From Minisyncoccota bacterium (lineage in GTDB: Bacteria; Patescibacteriota; Minisyncoccia; Phycocordibacterales; UBA9973), in contig JAGOPR010000003.1 in the NCBI GenBank assembly GCA_017991895.1, positions 1 through 55,888 on the forward strand: DNA of 55,888 nt, in the 5' to 3' direction. Both the position numbers and the translations under genes were made by a program. Below are positions 17,679-26,077 of this stretch, one piece after another (the first letter of the stretch is position 1; every line of letters starts with the position of its first letter). The notes under the pieces are model-generated. The model was not told the origin of the DNA, searched no databases, and saw only the letters and a program-made list of their open reading frames with translations.

Positions 17679-19484
17679 ATGAAAATTCGAACATTAATAT
17701 ATAAATTAGCATTTCTCACAGCCTTACTTTTTCCGGGGGCCGTTTTTGCTACTGATGGAACGATAGACGCAACAAGTTATAAATCACTTTTGTGTACAAA
17801 TACAGATTGTAGTACTTACACACTTGTTTACTGGAGAACAACAAACGGAACTGCCGTTACAGTTACCGATACCGGACTTACTGGAGATATTTGGTCTGCA
17901 AATTTTGGATGGATAAAACTTGGGCCACTTACAAATGGAGGAGTCGACAACACAACTGGCGGAGTTCTTTCTGGATATGCTTGGGGTAATACTGCAGGTT
18001 GGGTAAAGTTTAACCCAACAAATGCTACTGGGGTAACAATAAATACAAGTAGCGGAGAATTTTCTGGTTATGCGTGGGTATCAGGAGCCGGCTGGATGAA
18101 ATTTGATTGTTCTGGCGGAGAAGGCTCAGATGGATGTGTAAAAACTAGCTGGCGTCCAACAGATGATGATGACGACGATCATGGCGGCGGTCCACCACCT
18201 CCACCACCTCCACCTCCACCACCACCTCCTCCTCCAGATCCAGATCCAACACCGGATCCTACTCCTGACCCAACTCCTGATCCAATACCTACACCAGATC
18301 CAGATCCTACACCTACACCAACGCCAGATCCGATTCCATATCCCGACCCAATCATAATTGGCGGTGGAGGAGGTGGTAGTGGCGGTGGCGGAGGATCACC
18401 GTGTATTCCATATGATGGAAGCGACCCACTTAAAATAATTATCGGTGGAGCAAAGAAAAGTTATTGTGACACGATAGAGGTTGTTAAAGATACTAAGAAA
18501 AAAGTATTGGATATTATAAATGAAGGCCCTGGGGATATCGCTATCCGTGTCGTTGCAACAGTCGGTGTTATTGCAGGTTCTGCTGTAGCTGTAACCTCTG
18601 CACTATTCCTAAACCCGATTTCATTCTCTGAGTTATTCCTTATTCCAGCCCGACTTTGGTCACTTGTGATGAGTGCGCTTGGACTTAAAAAGCGTCGCCG
18701 ACCATGGGGTACAGTGTATGACTCTGTAACAAAACAGCCACTTGATCCTGCGTACGTTACGCTTAAGAATATTGAAGGAAAAGAAATTACTTCAAGTATT
18801 ACTGACCTAGATGGACGTTTCGGATTCGTTGTACCAGAAGCCGGCACGTACACAATCTTTGTTCATAAAACGAACTACGTTTTCCCTTCACAGAAACTCG
18901 TTGGACGTGACCACGATGAACTTTATCGAGATCTATACTTCGGCGAACACTTTATGGTGGCTGAAGCAGGTGAAGTTGTGATAAAAAATATTCCAATGGA
19001 TCCGGAGAATTTTGATTGGAATGAATTTGCCAAGAAAGAACAAAGTCTCATGCGATTTTATTCAAAACGTGATAAATGGCTACGACGTTTGGCAGATGCA
19101 TTTTTCGGATTTGGATTCTTTGTTTCAGCTGTTGCTGTACTTGCCGCGCCGAAGACTTATAACATTGTTATCTTCCTAATGTACGTGCTCCTGTACTTTA
19201 TAAGAACGCACGGACCACATTCTCGTCCTTACGGAGATGTTTATGAAAAGGAGACAGGTATTCCAGTTTCATTTGCAATTATTCGTATATCAAATGTTGC
19301 GACTGGAGTGGAAGTTATGCATCGCATTGCTGACCAGAAGGGACGATATTATGCACTTCTTCCAAATGGAGAGTATAAAGTTCGAGTAGATCGTAAAATG
19401 CCTGATGGTACATACCAGACTGTAGGATCTGACAGAATGGTAACTGTAACAAAGGGTTATCTTGCGAAATCGTTTTCTGTTTAG
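17679..19484 (+). CDS. Membrane/surface protein: signal peptide, 3 GW-type repeats, Asp6-Pro15-(D/T)P-Gly-rich linker, TM segments, two carboxypeptidase-regulatory-like beta-sandwich domains
   Basis: GDIWSANFGWIKL, GYAWGNTAGWVKF and GYAWVSGAGWMKF repeats. DDDDDDHGGGP(15). ITDLDGRFGFVVPEAGTYTIFVHK and DQKGRYYALLPNGEYKVRV. The gene starts 4 nt after the M50 gene. Confidence 0.7.
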   Translation: MKIRTLIYKLAFLTALLFPGAVFATDGTIDATSYKSLLCTNTDCSTYTLVYWRTTNGTAVTVTDTGLTGDIWSANFGWIKLGPLTNGGVDNTTGGVLSGYAWGNTAGWVKFNPTNATGVTINTSSGEFSGYAWVSGAGWMKFDCSGGEGSDGCVKTSWRPTDDDDDDHGGGPPPPPPPPPPPPPPPDPDPTPDPTPDPTPDPIPTPDPDPTPTPTPDPIPYPDPIIIGGGGGGSGGGGGSPCIPYDGSDPLKIIIGGAKKSYCDTIEVVKDTKKKVLDIINEGPGDIAIRVVATVGVIAGSAVAVTSALFLNPISFSELFLIPARLWSLVMSALGLKKRRRPWGTVYDSVTKQPLDPAYVTLKNIEGKEITSSITDLDGRFGFVVPEAGTYTIFVHKTNYVFPSQKLVGRDHDELYRDLYFGEHFMVAEAGEVVIKNIPMDPENFDWNEFAKKEQSLMRFYSKRDKWLRRLADAFFGFGFFVSAVAVLAAPKTYNIVIFLMYVLLYFIRTHGPHSRPYGDVYEKETGIPVSFAIIRISNVATGVEVMHRIADQKGRYYALLPNGEYKVRVDRKMPDGTYQTVGSDRMVTVTKGYLAKSFSV

Positions 19485-19497
19485 AGATTTTTCTCTA

Positions 19498-19535
19498 CAA
19501 GACCGCGTAAACCTTAAAAGGTTTACGCGGTCTTG
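19498..19535 (+). terminator. Stem-loop terminator after the 601-aa gene
   Basis: CAAGACCGCGTAAACC-TTAAAA-GGTTTACGCGGTCTTG, a 16-bp stem. Confidence 0.6.
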
Positions 19536-19560
19536 CTTTATGCCACATCATTATGTATAG
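19532..19560 (+). promoter_or_regulatory. Candidate promoter of rpsL-rpsG
   Basis: TTGCTT-N17-TATAGT. An alternative TATAAA at 19625-19630 lies 7 nt before the ATG. Confidence 0.4.
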
Positions 19561-19637
19561 TAGTGCCCGTAGTTAGTCCACTAGATATGTTTGAGTTGCT
19601 TCTAGGTTTGGCCTAGCTCTTTAGTATAAAAAAATAA

Positions 19638-20066
19638 ATGCCTACAATAAATCAACTTTCAAAGAAGGGACGAATTAAGGTTAAACAAAAAGCTCGTACA
19701 ACTGCGCTCGCGCGTGGTTTTAATGTGCTTAAGAACCGCCCTGTGGTATATCCAGCCCCATTCAAGCGTGGCGTATGCGTAAAGGTTAGTACAACTACTC
19801 CGAAGAAGCCAAACTCAGCGCTTCGAAAAATCGCTCGTGTTCGCCTCAGTAATGGAATGGAAGTTACAGCATACATCCCCGGTGAAGGACACAATCTTCA
19901 GGAACACTCAGTTGTTATGCTCCGCGGTGGTCGTGTGAAGGACCTTATCGGAGTGCGTTACCATATAGTTCGTGGACGTCTCGATGCAGCTGGTGTTGAA
20001 AAGCGCCGACAGTCACGCTCACTATACGGAAACAAGAAACCTAAAGCGGCAGTAGCTAAGAAATAA
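19638..20066 (+). CDS. rpsL: 30S ribosomal protein S12
   Basis: PTINQL..., [12 protein letters not shown], and [19 protein letters not shown]. Confidence 0.97.
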   Translation: MPTINQLSKKGRIKVKQKARTTALARGFNVLKNRPVVYPAPFKRGVCVKVSTTTPKKPNSALRKIARVRLSNGMEVTAYIPGEGHNLQEHSVVMLRGGRVKDLIGVRYHIVRGRLDAAGVEKRRQSRSLYGNKKPKAAVAKK

Positions 20067-20071
20067 TATAT

Positions 20072-20539
20072 ATGCGAAGACCAGTAAAAAAACGAAATAT
20101 CCCAAGTCCAGACATTATGTTTGGCTCTGAGAAGCTCGAGAAATTCATCAACAACGTGATGCTTGATGGAAAGAAAGAGACAGCTCGTAAATGTGTCTAT
20201 GGCGCTTTTGCAATCATCAAAGAAAAGATGAATAAGGAGCCACTCGAAGTTTTTGATGAAGCTATCCGAAACGTTGGTCCTGCTATTGAGGTTCGCTCAC
20301 GCCGTGTTGGAGGGGCAAACTATCAGGTTCCGCGCGAAGTTCGTCCTGAACGAAAACAATATCTCGCTTACCGATGGATTATCGATGCAGCACGTGCTGG
20401 AAAAGGTAAGCCAATGGCAGAGAAACTTGCGACAGAACTCATGAACGCATTCAACAATGAAGGTTCTGCAATCAAGAAACGAGACGACACTAAGAAAATG
20501 GCAGATTCAAACAAAGCATTTGCCCATCTTGCTTGGTAG
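20072..20539 (+). CDS. rpsG: 30S ribosomal protein S7
   Basis: IEVRSRRVGGANYQVP and the KAFAHLAW C-terminus. Confidence 0.97.
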   Translation: MRRPVKKRNIPSPDIMFGSEKLEKFINNVMLDGKKETARKCVYGAFAIIKEKMNKEPLEVFDEAIRNVGPAIEVRSRRVGGANYQVPREVRPERKQYLAYRWIIDAARAGKGKPMAEKLATELMNAFNNEGSAIKKRDDTKKMADSNKAFAHLAW

Positions 20540-20567
20540 AAAAATAGTCCCGTTCGGGACTATTTTT
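20540..20567 (+). terminator. Intrinsic terminator directly after rpsG
   Basis: AAAAATAGTCCC-GTTC-GGGACTATTTTT. Confidence 0.7.
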
Positions 20568-20640
20568 ATATCATCTGCAAATGGTGCGATACCCCGTACT
20601 CTGGAGCATGCCCATCTTGCTTGGTAAAAATGTAATCAAC

Positions 20641-20676
20641 AAAAGAAAAACTCCCATATGGGAGTTTTTCTTTTTT
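20641..20676. terminator. Second intrinsic terminator-like hairpin
   Basis: AAAAGAAAAACTCCC-ATAT-GGGAGTTTTTCTTTT. It is near-identical in style to the ssrA terminator. Confidence 0.65.
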
Positions 20677-20726
20677 GACTAAGTTTTTTAAGTATTGTAT
20701 TGTAGTAATAATAAAATCCAATTCTT

Positions 20727-20897
20727 ATGAAATTTATTACAATAATTCCAGGAAATGAAGGAGGTTTTGCCGCAATGATTGAAGGCAAGCCGGAAACGAC
20801 CGTAGGAGGTCTAGACAAAAATGAAGCGATTGTGAACCTCTTAGAAAAGTATGGAGAGGATTATTTTAACCTTATGATCCTAGAGAAAAAAGAATGA
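20727..20897 (+). CDS. Small 56-aa ORF below the track cutoff, weakly HicB/UPF0150-like
   Basis: MKFITIIPGNEGGFAAMIEGKPETTVGGLDKNEAIVNLLEKYGEDYFNLMILEKKE, read by hand. It sits between a terminator and the fusA promoter. Confidence 0.35.
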   Translation: MKFITIIPGNEGGFAAMIEGKPETTVGGLDKNEAIVNLLEKYGEDYFNLMILEKKE

Positions 20898-20951
20898 TGC
20901 CACCCAGTGTCGCGTAACAGCTACCTCGGTGGCTTTTACGTTTAGGTTTTC

Positions 20952-20980
20952 TTGCAAAAACACCAAGTATTCTGTATAGT
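20952..20980 (+). promoter_or_regulatory. Candidate fusA promoter
   Basis: TTGCAA-N17-TATAGT, about 92 nt upstream of the fusA ATG. Confidence 0.5.
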
Positions 20981-21072
20981 TTTCGCACAAGTAGGACTCG
21001 GTGTCCTCTTTTTTAATAGATTTAACAGTATTTGTGCTAGCACTTAAAGCCAGCACCTAAAGCCTAATTATC

Positions 21073-23235
21073 ATGGAAAGAGATTATCCACTCAATAAAG
21101 TTCGAAACTTTGGAATTATTGCCCACATTGATGCGGGTAAGACAACCACATCTGAGCGTGTGCTTTTTTATACTGGTGTGTCACACAAGATTGGTGAAGT
21201 ACACGAAGGTGAAGCTGTGATGGACTGGATGGAGCAGGAACGAGAGCGTGGAATCACGATCACCTCTGCTGCGACTACATGTTTTTGGACACCGACATAC
21301 GTTGAGGACAAAAAAGATGCGAACAAAAAGTTTCGTTTCAACCTCATCGACACTCCTGGGCACATCGACTTTACTGTGGAAGTGAAGCGCTCGCTTCGTG
21401 TTCTCGACGGTGCTGTCGTCGTATTCGACGGCGTTGCTGGAGTAGAACCACAATCAGAAACAAACTGGCGCTATGCTGACGAGGCCAATGTTCCTCGTGT
21501 GTGTTTCATAAACAAGCTCGATCGAACTGGCGCAAACTTTGAAAAGTCATTTGCATCTATCCTTGATCGACTTTCTAAAAAAGCAGTTCGACTTCAGCTT
21601 CCAATCGGACTCGAAGACAAATTTGAAGGGGTCATTGATCTCCTTGCAAATAAGGCTGTCCGTTTCGAAGGCGACAAAGGTGAAAAGGTAGTTGTTTCAG
21701 ACAATATTCCTGAAGATATGAAAGCTGACGTTGTAAAATATCGCGCAGAACTTATCGAGGCAATCGTTGCAAATGATGATGCAATGATGACTGCGTATCT
21801 AGATGGAAAGGAACCAACACTCCCTGAACTTAAAGTCGTTCTCCGTAAGGCTGTTATTGCCAACACTATTTTCCCAGTTCTAGCTGGAACAGCACTTAAA
21901 AATAAGGGAGTTCAACTTGTTCTTGATGCTGTTGTTGACTATCTACCTGCTCCAGTTGATATGCCACCAATGCATGCGATCAATCCTGATACAGAAGAGG
22001 ATGTTGTAATCACAGCAAATGATAACGAACCTCTTTCAGCACTCGCGTTTAAAGTCGCGTCCGACCCATTCGTTGGGCAACTTATTTTCTTCCGTGTGTA
22101 TTCTGGAACTCTCACCGCAGGGTCATATGTTTACAATCCACGTACTCGCAACAAAGAACGCGTTGGACGTATTGTTCGTATGCACGCAAATGAACGTGAA
22201 GAAGTGAAGAAAGTATTCGCTGGAGAAATCGCGGCAGCTGTCGGACTCAAAGAAGCAATTACTTCTGACACACTTTGTGAGCCAGAACACCCAATCGCTC
22301 TCGACCGTATCGTTTTCCCAGAACCAGTTATCTCGATGCGTATCGAACCAAAAACAAAGGCCGACCAAGAAAAAATGGGTATGGCGCTCAATCGTCTTGG
22401 ACAAGAAGACCCAACCTTCCGTGTTTCTACTGATCAAGAAACTGGCGAAACAATCATCGCGGGAATGGGAGAACTTCACCTTGAAATTATCGTTGACCGT
22501 TTGAAGCGTGAATTTACCGTTGAAGTAAATGTAGGTAAGCCACAGGTTGCATACCGAGAAACAATTTCTGGTGAATCAGAAGCTGAAGGTAAGTACATCA
22601 AACAGACTGGTGGACGCGGTAACTACGGACACGTTCGCATTAAGATGAAGCGCATGGCTCCAATGACGAAAGAAGAAATCGAGGATCTTCCACGTAACAC
22701 AAAACGCGAAGCACACTTTGAATTTATCAACACAATCAAGGGAGGAGCTATTCCAGTAGAATATATTCCAGCTTGTGAAAAAGGATTTAAAGAGGGTCTT
22801 GATCGTGGAGTTGTTGCAGGATTTAAAATGGTGGATGTTTCAGTTGAACTTTGGGATGGAAGTTACCACGATGTGGACTCAAACGAAATGGCGTTCAAAA
22901 TCGCAGCTTCTATGGCGGTACAAGATGCTGCTAAGCGTGCGAATCCTGTACTCCTTGAGCCTATGATGAGTGTCGAAGTAGTTACCCCTGATAAGTTCAT
23001 GGGAGATGTTACAGGATCACTTTCTGGAAAGCGTGGAATCATTGAAGGCATGGAACAGCGCGGACTCAATCAAGCTGTAAAAGCTGTTGTGCCACTTTCT
23101 GAAATGTTTGGATACATGACAGTGCTTCGCTCAATGACTGAAGGCCGTGCAGGATTTACAATGGAATTCTTGCGATACGATATCGTACCTAAGAACGTTG
23201 CAGATGAAATTGTAAAAACACGCACAGTCGCATAG
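21073..23235 (+). CDS. fusA: Elongation factor G
   Basis: NFGIIAHIDAGKTTT, DTPGHIDF, NKLDR, and all five EF-G domains by length (720 aa). Confidence 0.97.
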   Translation: MERDYPLNKVRNFGIIAHIDAGKTTTSERVLFYTGVSHKIGEVHEGEAVMDWMEQERERGITITSAATTCFWTPTYVEDKKDANKKFRFNLIDTPGHIDFTVEVKRSLRVLDGAVVVFDGVAGVEPQSETNWRYADEANVPRVCFINKLDRTGANFEKSFASILDRLSKKAVRLQLPIGLEDKFEGVIDLLANKAVRFEGDKGEKVVVSDNIPEDMKADVVKYRAELIEAIVANDDAMMTAYLDGKEPTLPELKVVLRKAVIANTIFPVLAGTALKNKGVQLVLDAVVDYLPAPVDMPPMHAINPDTEEDVVITANDNEPLSALAFKVASDPFVGQLIFFRVYSGTLTAGSYVYNPRTRNKERVGRIVRMHANEREEVKKVFAGEIAAAVGLKEAITSDTLCEPEHPIALDRIVFPEPVISMRIEPKTKADQEKMGMALNRLGQEDPTFRVSTDQETGETIIAGMGELHLEIIVDRLKREFTVEVNVGKPQVAYRETISGESEAEGKYIKQTGGRGNYGHVRIKMKRMAPMTKEEIEDLPRNTKREAHFEFINTIKGGAIPVEYIPACEKGFKEGLDRGVVAGFKMVDVSVELWDGSYHDVDSNEMAFKIAASMAVQDAAKRANPVLLEPMMSVEVVTPDKFMGDVTGSLSGKRGIIEGMEQRGLNQAVKAVVPLSEMFGYMTVLRSMTEGRAGFTMEFLRYDIVPKNVADEIVKTRTVA

Positions 23236-23260
23236 GAATTACCAGAATATTAAAATTACT

Positions 23261-23293
23261 AAAAGCCCTGATAGTCTTGCTATCAGGGCTTTT
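23261..23293 (+). terminator. Intrinsic terminator after fusA
   Basis: AAAAGCCCTGATAG-TCTTG-CTATCAGGGCTTTT. Confidence 0.75.
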
Positions 23294-23296
23294 AGT

Positions 23297-23324
23297 TTGA
23301 CACAAGAGAACATTCTGATATGGT
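23297..23324 (+). promoter_or_regulatory. Candidate promoter (TTGACA-N16-TATGGT)
   Basis: It shares the ...TGATATGGTAG -10 region with the promoter at 29133-29160. Confidence 0.5.
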
Positions 23325-23353
23325 AGTGACAAATTTAAAACCCACATATAGTT

Positions 23354-23635
23354 ATGAAAAACTTGGAAACTAAACTAGACAGCCATTTAATGGATGCGCT
23401 CAAAGTTGCGCAGAGGTTCACCACTCATGGTGGACCAGATTGCAGAGTAATATCAAATCCCCACAAGGACGATATTATGATTGTTAACACGAACAGCACT
23501 TTTACCGGTGACGGTAATTGTTACATCGCATGTGAATGCGATGAAGAAGGAGTATTGATTGGTGAGCCCTACACCATCACGAAAGAAGTTTTCAGAAATA
23601 ACTATAAGCCTAAAATGCAGGGAGTGCCTGCATAA
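23354..23635 (+). CDS. Hypothetical Cys-rich 93-aa protein
   Basis: An ORF with its own promoter and terminator. No family recognised. Confidence 0.5.
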   Translation: MKNLETKLDSHLMDALKVAQRFTTHGGPDCRVISNPHKDDIMIVNTNSTFTGDGNCYIACECDEEGVLIGEPYTITKEVFRNNYKPKMQGVPA

Positions 23636-23662
23636 TTATTTAGACTCTATGACTCTATCGTT

Positions 23663-23695
23663 GCCACGCGGACAGTACCGCGTGGCTTCTTTTTA
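23663..23695 (+). terminator. Intrinsic terminator
   Basis: GCCACGCGG-ACAGTA-CCGCGTGGC followed by TTCTTTTT. Confidence 0.65.
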
Positions 23696-23738
23696 TTATA
23701 AAAAAATAAAACGCCCGCCAAATAAGTGGCAGAACGTT

Positions 23739-24074
23739 TTATGAATGATGAAAATGGTTTTTGTAATAGCCGATAGCGAGTGTTATTGTGTGGGGCACAT
23801 GTCCTGGAGGCTGGCTAAACAAATACAGAAAGCGAGTTGTTACAATAAACGGCACAATTAAAATGTAAACAAAAAGATTTGCTAAGTTCATTATTATTAG
23901 TCCAGTAATAATAAAGAATAAAATAATTGTTAGTTTACCCATAACTGCACCGGCTTTTAATGCACTGAAATAATGCTCAGGTTCGAGACGAATGGGTTTT
24001 TCATAAGGAACCCCTTGTCTCCCAATGATAGGAACCGGAGCCCACATGACGTATTCTTTACCTTTTGGTCTCAT
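23739..24074 (-). CDS. Hypothetical small membrane protein (2 predicted TM helices)
   Basis: LTIILFFIITGLIIMNLANLFVYILIVPFIV hydrophobic core. Confidence 0.5.
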   Translation of the reverse strand: MRPKGKEYVMWAPVPIIGRQGVPYEKPIRLEPEHYFSALKAGAVMGKLTIILFFIITGLIIMNLANLFVYILIVPFIVTTRFLYLFSQPPGHVPHTITLAIGYYKNHFHHS

Positions 24075-24258
24075 AAAAAATAATTTGTCCTAAATTAAAC
24101 ATTATCTAGCCTGTAAGTCAAACTTCCGCTTGACAGGGATATTTTTAAATGCAGAATGAAGAAAATTCATTTGTGCTAGCCATTGTGATAAATAAATATA
24201 CTTGTGCTTATAAATATGAGCCTAAATATGTTTATTTATCACAGCAAAATCCACAGTT

Positions 24259-24519
24259 ATGGCAACAGCAAAAAATGCGGGGCCCAAACCCAAAAAGGGT
24301 GTACGCAGTAAGAAGTCCGTGGTGCATAAGCCTTGGAAAGAAGGCGGCACCACAATGCTACTAAATCAGGAGCTTGTTCTTACAGGGCAACTTCGCGACT
24401 TTGGTAAAAAATTAACACAGGCTATTTTAAGGGGGGATTCCAAGATGAGCTTTAAAAAGCTCAATCGTATGTCGAATAAGCAGTTATTTGCATATATACA
24501 GAACCTTCCCAGAATTTAA
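24259..24519 (+). CDS. Hypothetical 86-aa protein with a Lys-rich N-terminus
   Basis: MATAKNAGPKPKKGVRSKKSVVHKPWK... A promoter region flanked by a 13-bp inverted repeat lies upstream and a terminator downstream. Confidence 0.45.
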   Translation: MATAKNAGPKPKKGVRSKKSVVHKPWKEGGTTMLLNQELVLTGQLRDFGKKLTQAILRGDSKMSFKKLNRMSNKQLFAYIQNLPRI

Positions 24520-24540
24520 AATGGCCAATTAACGAAGTTT

Positions 24541-24570
24541 TAAAGCGCGGATACCCGCGCTTTAATTTTT
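24541..24570 (+). terminator. Intrinsic terminator
   Basis: AAAGCGCGG-ATAC-CCGCGCTTT followed by AATTTTT. Confidence 0.65.
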
Positions 24571-24650
24571 GCTTATTTGACCCTGTAGTGAATTTTGGTG
24601 AGGCGCCTGCCGGCGCGTACTAAGTACATCATCAAGATCTACTACGGGGT

Positions 24651-24678
24651 TTGACACAGTCTCAAAATCTGATAGTAT
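24651..24678 (+). promoter_or_regulatory. Candidate tuf-S10 operon restart promoter
   Basis: TTGACA-N16-TAGTAT with AATCTGaTAGTAT, the same -10 context as at 34210 and 40256. It is followed by a leader of about 195 nt. Confidence 0.55.
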
Positions 24679-24874
24679 CTTACCCGATAGCTCTCCCCAG
24701 GGCTTTTTTCGTGCCCGAGGGAGACTTTCACTAGAGCTAGTGGCCGTGGCAGAGGACTGGTTTTGTGTCTTCCGCCAGTGCCGCAAACTCAATATTATTA
24801 GTTTTTAATTTAAGCATTTAGTTTCGGGTTAAAGCTATAAGCTAAAACCTATAAGCTATAAGCTAGATAAACAT

Positions 24875-26074
24875 ATGGCAGAGGAATTTAATCGTTCAAA
24901 GCCGCACGTTAACGTTGGTACTATCGGACACGTTGACCACGGCAAAACTACGCTCACAGCAGCGATCCTTACAGTTCTTAACCGTGAGGGAAATGGGTAT
25001 AGTTCAAAGATGAAGGGTGTTGATCAGATTGACAATGCTCCAGAAGAAAAGGCTCGTGGAATCACGATCGCTCTTTCTCACAACGAGTACGAGACTCCAA
25101 ATCGTCACTACGCTCACATTGATGCTCCAGGTCACGCTGACTACATCAAAAACATGATTACTGGTGCTGCTCAAATGGACGGCGCTATTATCGTTGTTGC
25201 AGCTACTGACGGTGTTATGCCACAGACTCGTGAGCACATCCTCCTTGCAAAACAGGTTGGAGTGCCAAAGATTATCGTGTTCCTCAACAAGTGCGACATG
25301 GTTGATGACAAGGATCTTATCGACATGGTTGAAGAAGAAGTTCGTGAACTCCTTACAAAACAAGGTTTTGACGGTGCAGGATGCCCTGTTATCCGTGGTT
25401 CAGGACTCAAAGCTCTTGAATCAGCAGACAACTCTGACGAATGGGCAAAGAAAGTTATCGAGCTCGTAAACGCACTCGATACTTACATCCCTATGCCAGA
25501 GCGTGATCTTGCTAAGCCATTCCTTATGCCAGTTGAAGACATCTTCTCTATCGAAGGACGCGGAACTGTTGTTACAGGCCGTATCGAACGTGGAGTTGTT
25601 AAGGTTGGCGAAGATATCGAAATCGTTGGTATCAAGGACACTGCAAAGACAACAGTTACAGGTATCGAAATGTTTAACAAAAACCTCAAGGAAGGTATGG
25701 CTGGAGACAACGCTGGTATCCTTCTTCGTGGTACAAAGAAAGAAGACATTACACGTGGACAGGTTCTTGCGAAAGTTGGAACAGTTACTCCTCACTCTTC
25801 ATTCGAATGTCAGGTTTACATCTTGAAGAAAGAAGAAGGTGGACGCCACACTCCATTCTTTAAAGGTTACAAGCCACAGTTTTACATTCGTACAACTGAC
25901 GTTACAGGTGATGTAACACTTCCAGAAGGAAAGGAAATGGTTATGCCTGGAGATACAGTAGATCTTAAAGTAAGTCTCGTTACTCCGGTCGCCCTCGAGG
26001 CACAACAGCGTTTTGCTATCCGTGAAGGAGGTAAGACCGTTGGTGCAGGAGTTGTCACTAAGATAATCGCTTAA
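24875..26074 (+). CDS. tuf: Elongation factor Tu
   Basis: [29 protein letters not shown], 399 aa. Confidence 0.98.
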   Translation: MAEEFNRSKPHVNVGTIGHVDHGKTTLTAAILTVLNREGNGYSSKMKGVDQIDNAPEEKARGITIALSHNEYETPNRHYAHIDAPGHADYIKNMITGAAQMDGAIIVVAATDGVMPQTREHILLAKQVGVPKIIVFLNKCDMVDDKDLIDMVEEEVRELLTKQGFDGAGCPVIRGSGLKALESADNSDEWAKKVIELVNALDTYIPMPERDLAKPFLMPVEDIFSIEGRGTVVTGRIERGVVKVGEDIEIVGIKDTAKTTVTGIEMFNKNLKEGMAGDNAGILLRGTKKEDITRGQVLAKVGTVTPHSSFECQVYILKKEEGGRHTPFFKGYKPQFYIRTTDVTGDVTLPEGKEMVMPGDTVDLKVSLVTPVALEAQQRFAIREGGKTVGAGVVTKIIA

Positions 26075-26077
26075 CCC

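Noticed and set aside
20636-20818. 60-aa minus-strand ORF in the rpsG-fusA spacer.
   Set aside because: It runs through a terminator hairpin and is antisense to the hand-found 56-aa plus-strand ORF, which has a cleaner start and stop and a globular-looking sequence.
24149-24364. 71-aa plus-strand ORF overlapping the 24259-24519 ORF in another frame.
   Set aside because: It begins inside the promoter and inverted-repeat region and overlaps the better-delimited Lys-rich ORF, which ends at a terminator. Confidence in either ORF is modest.
24562-24792. 76-aa minus-strand ORF upstream of tuf.
   Set aside because: It is antisense to the promoter and structured leader of tuf, has Ser/Thr/Pro-rich composition, and has no start context or terminator.
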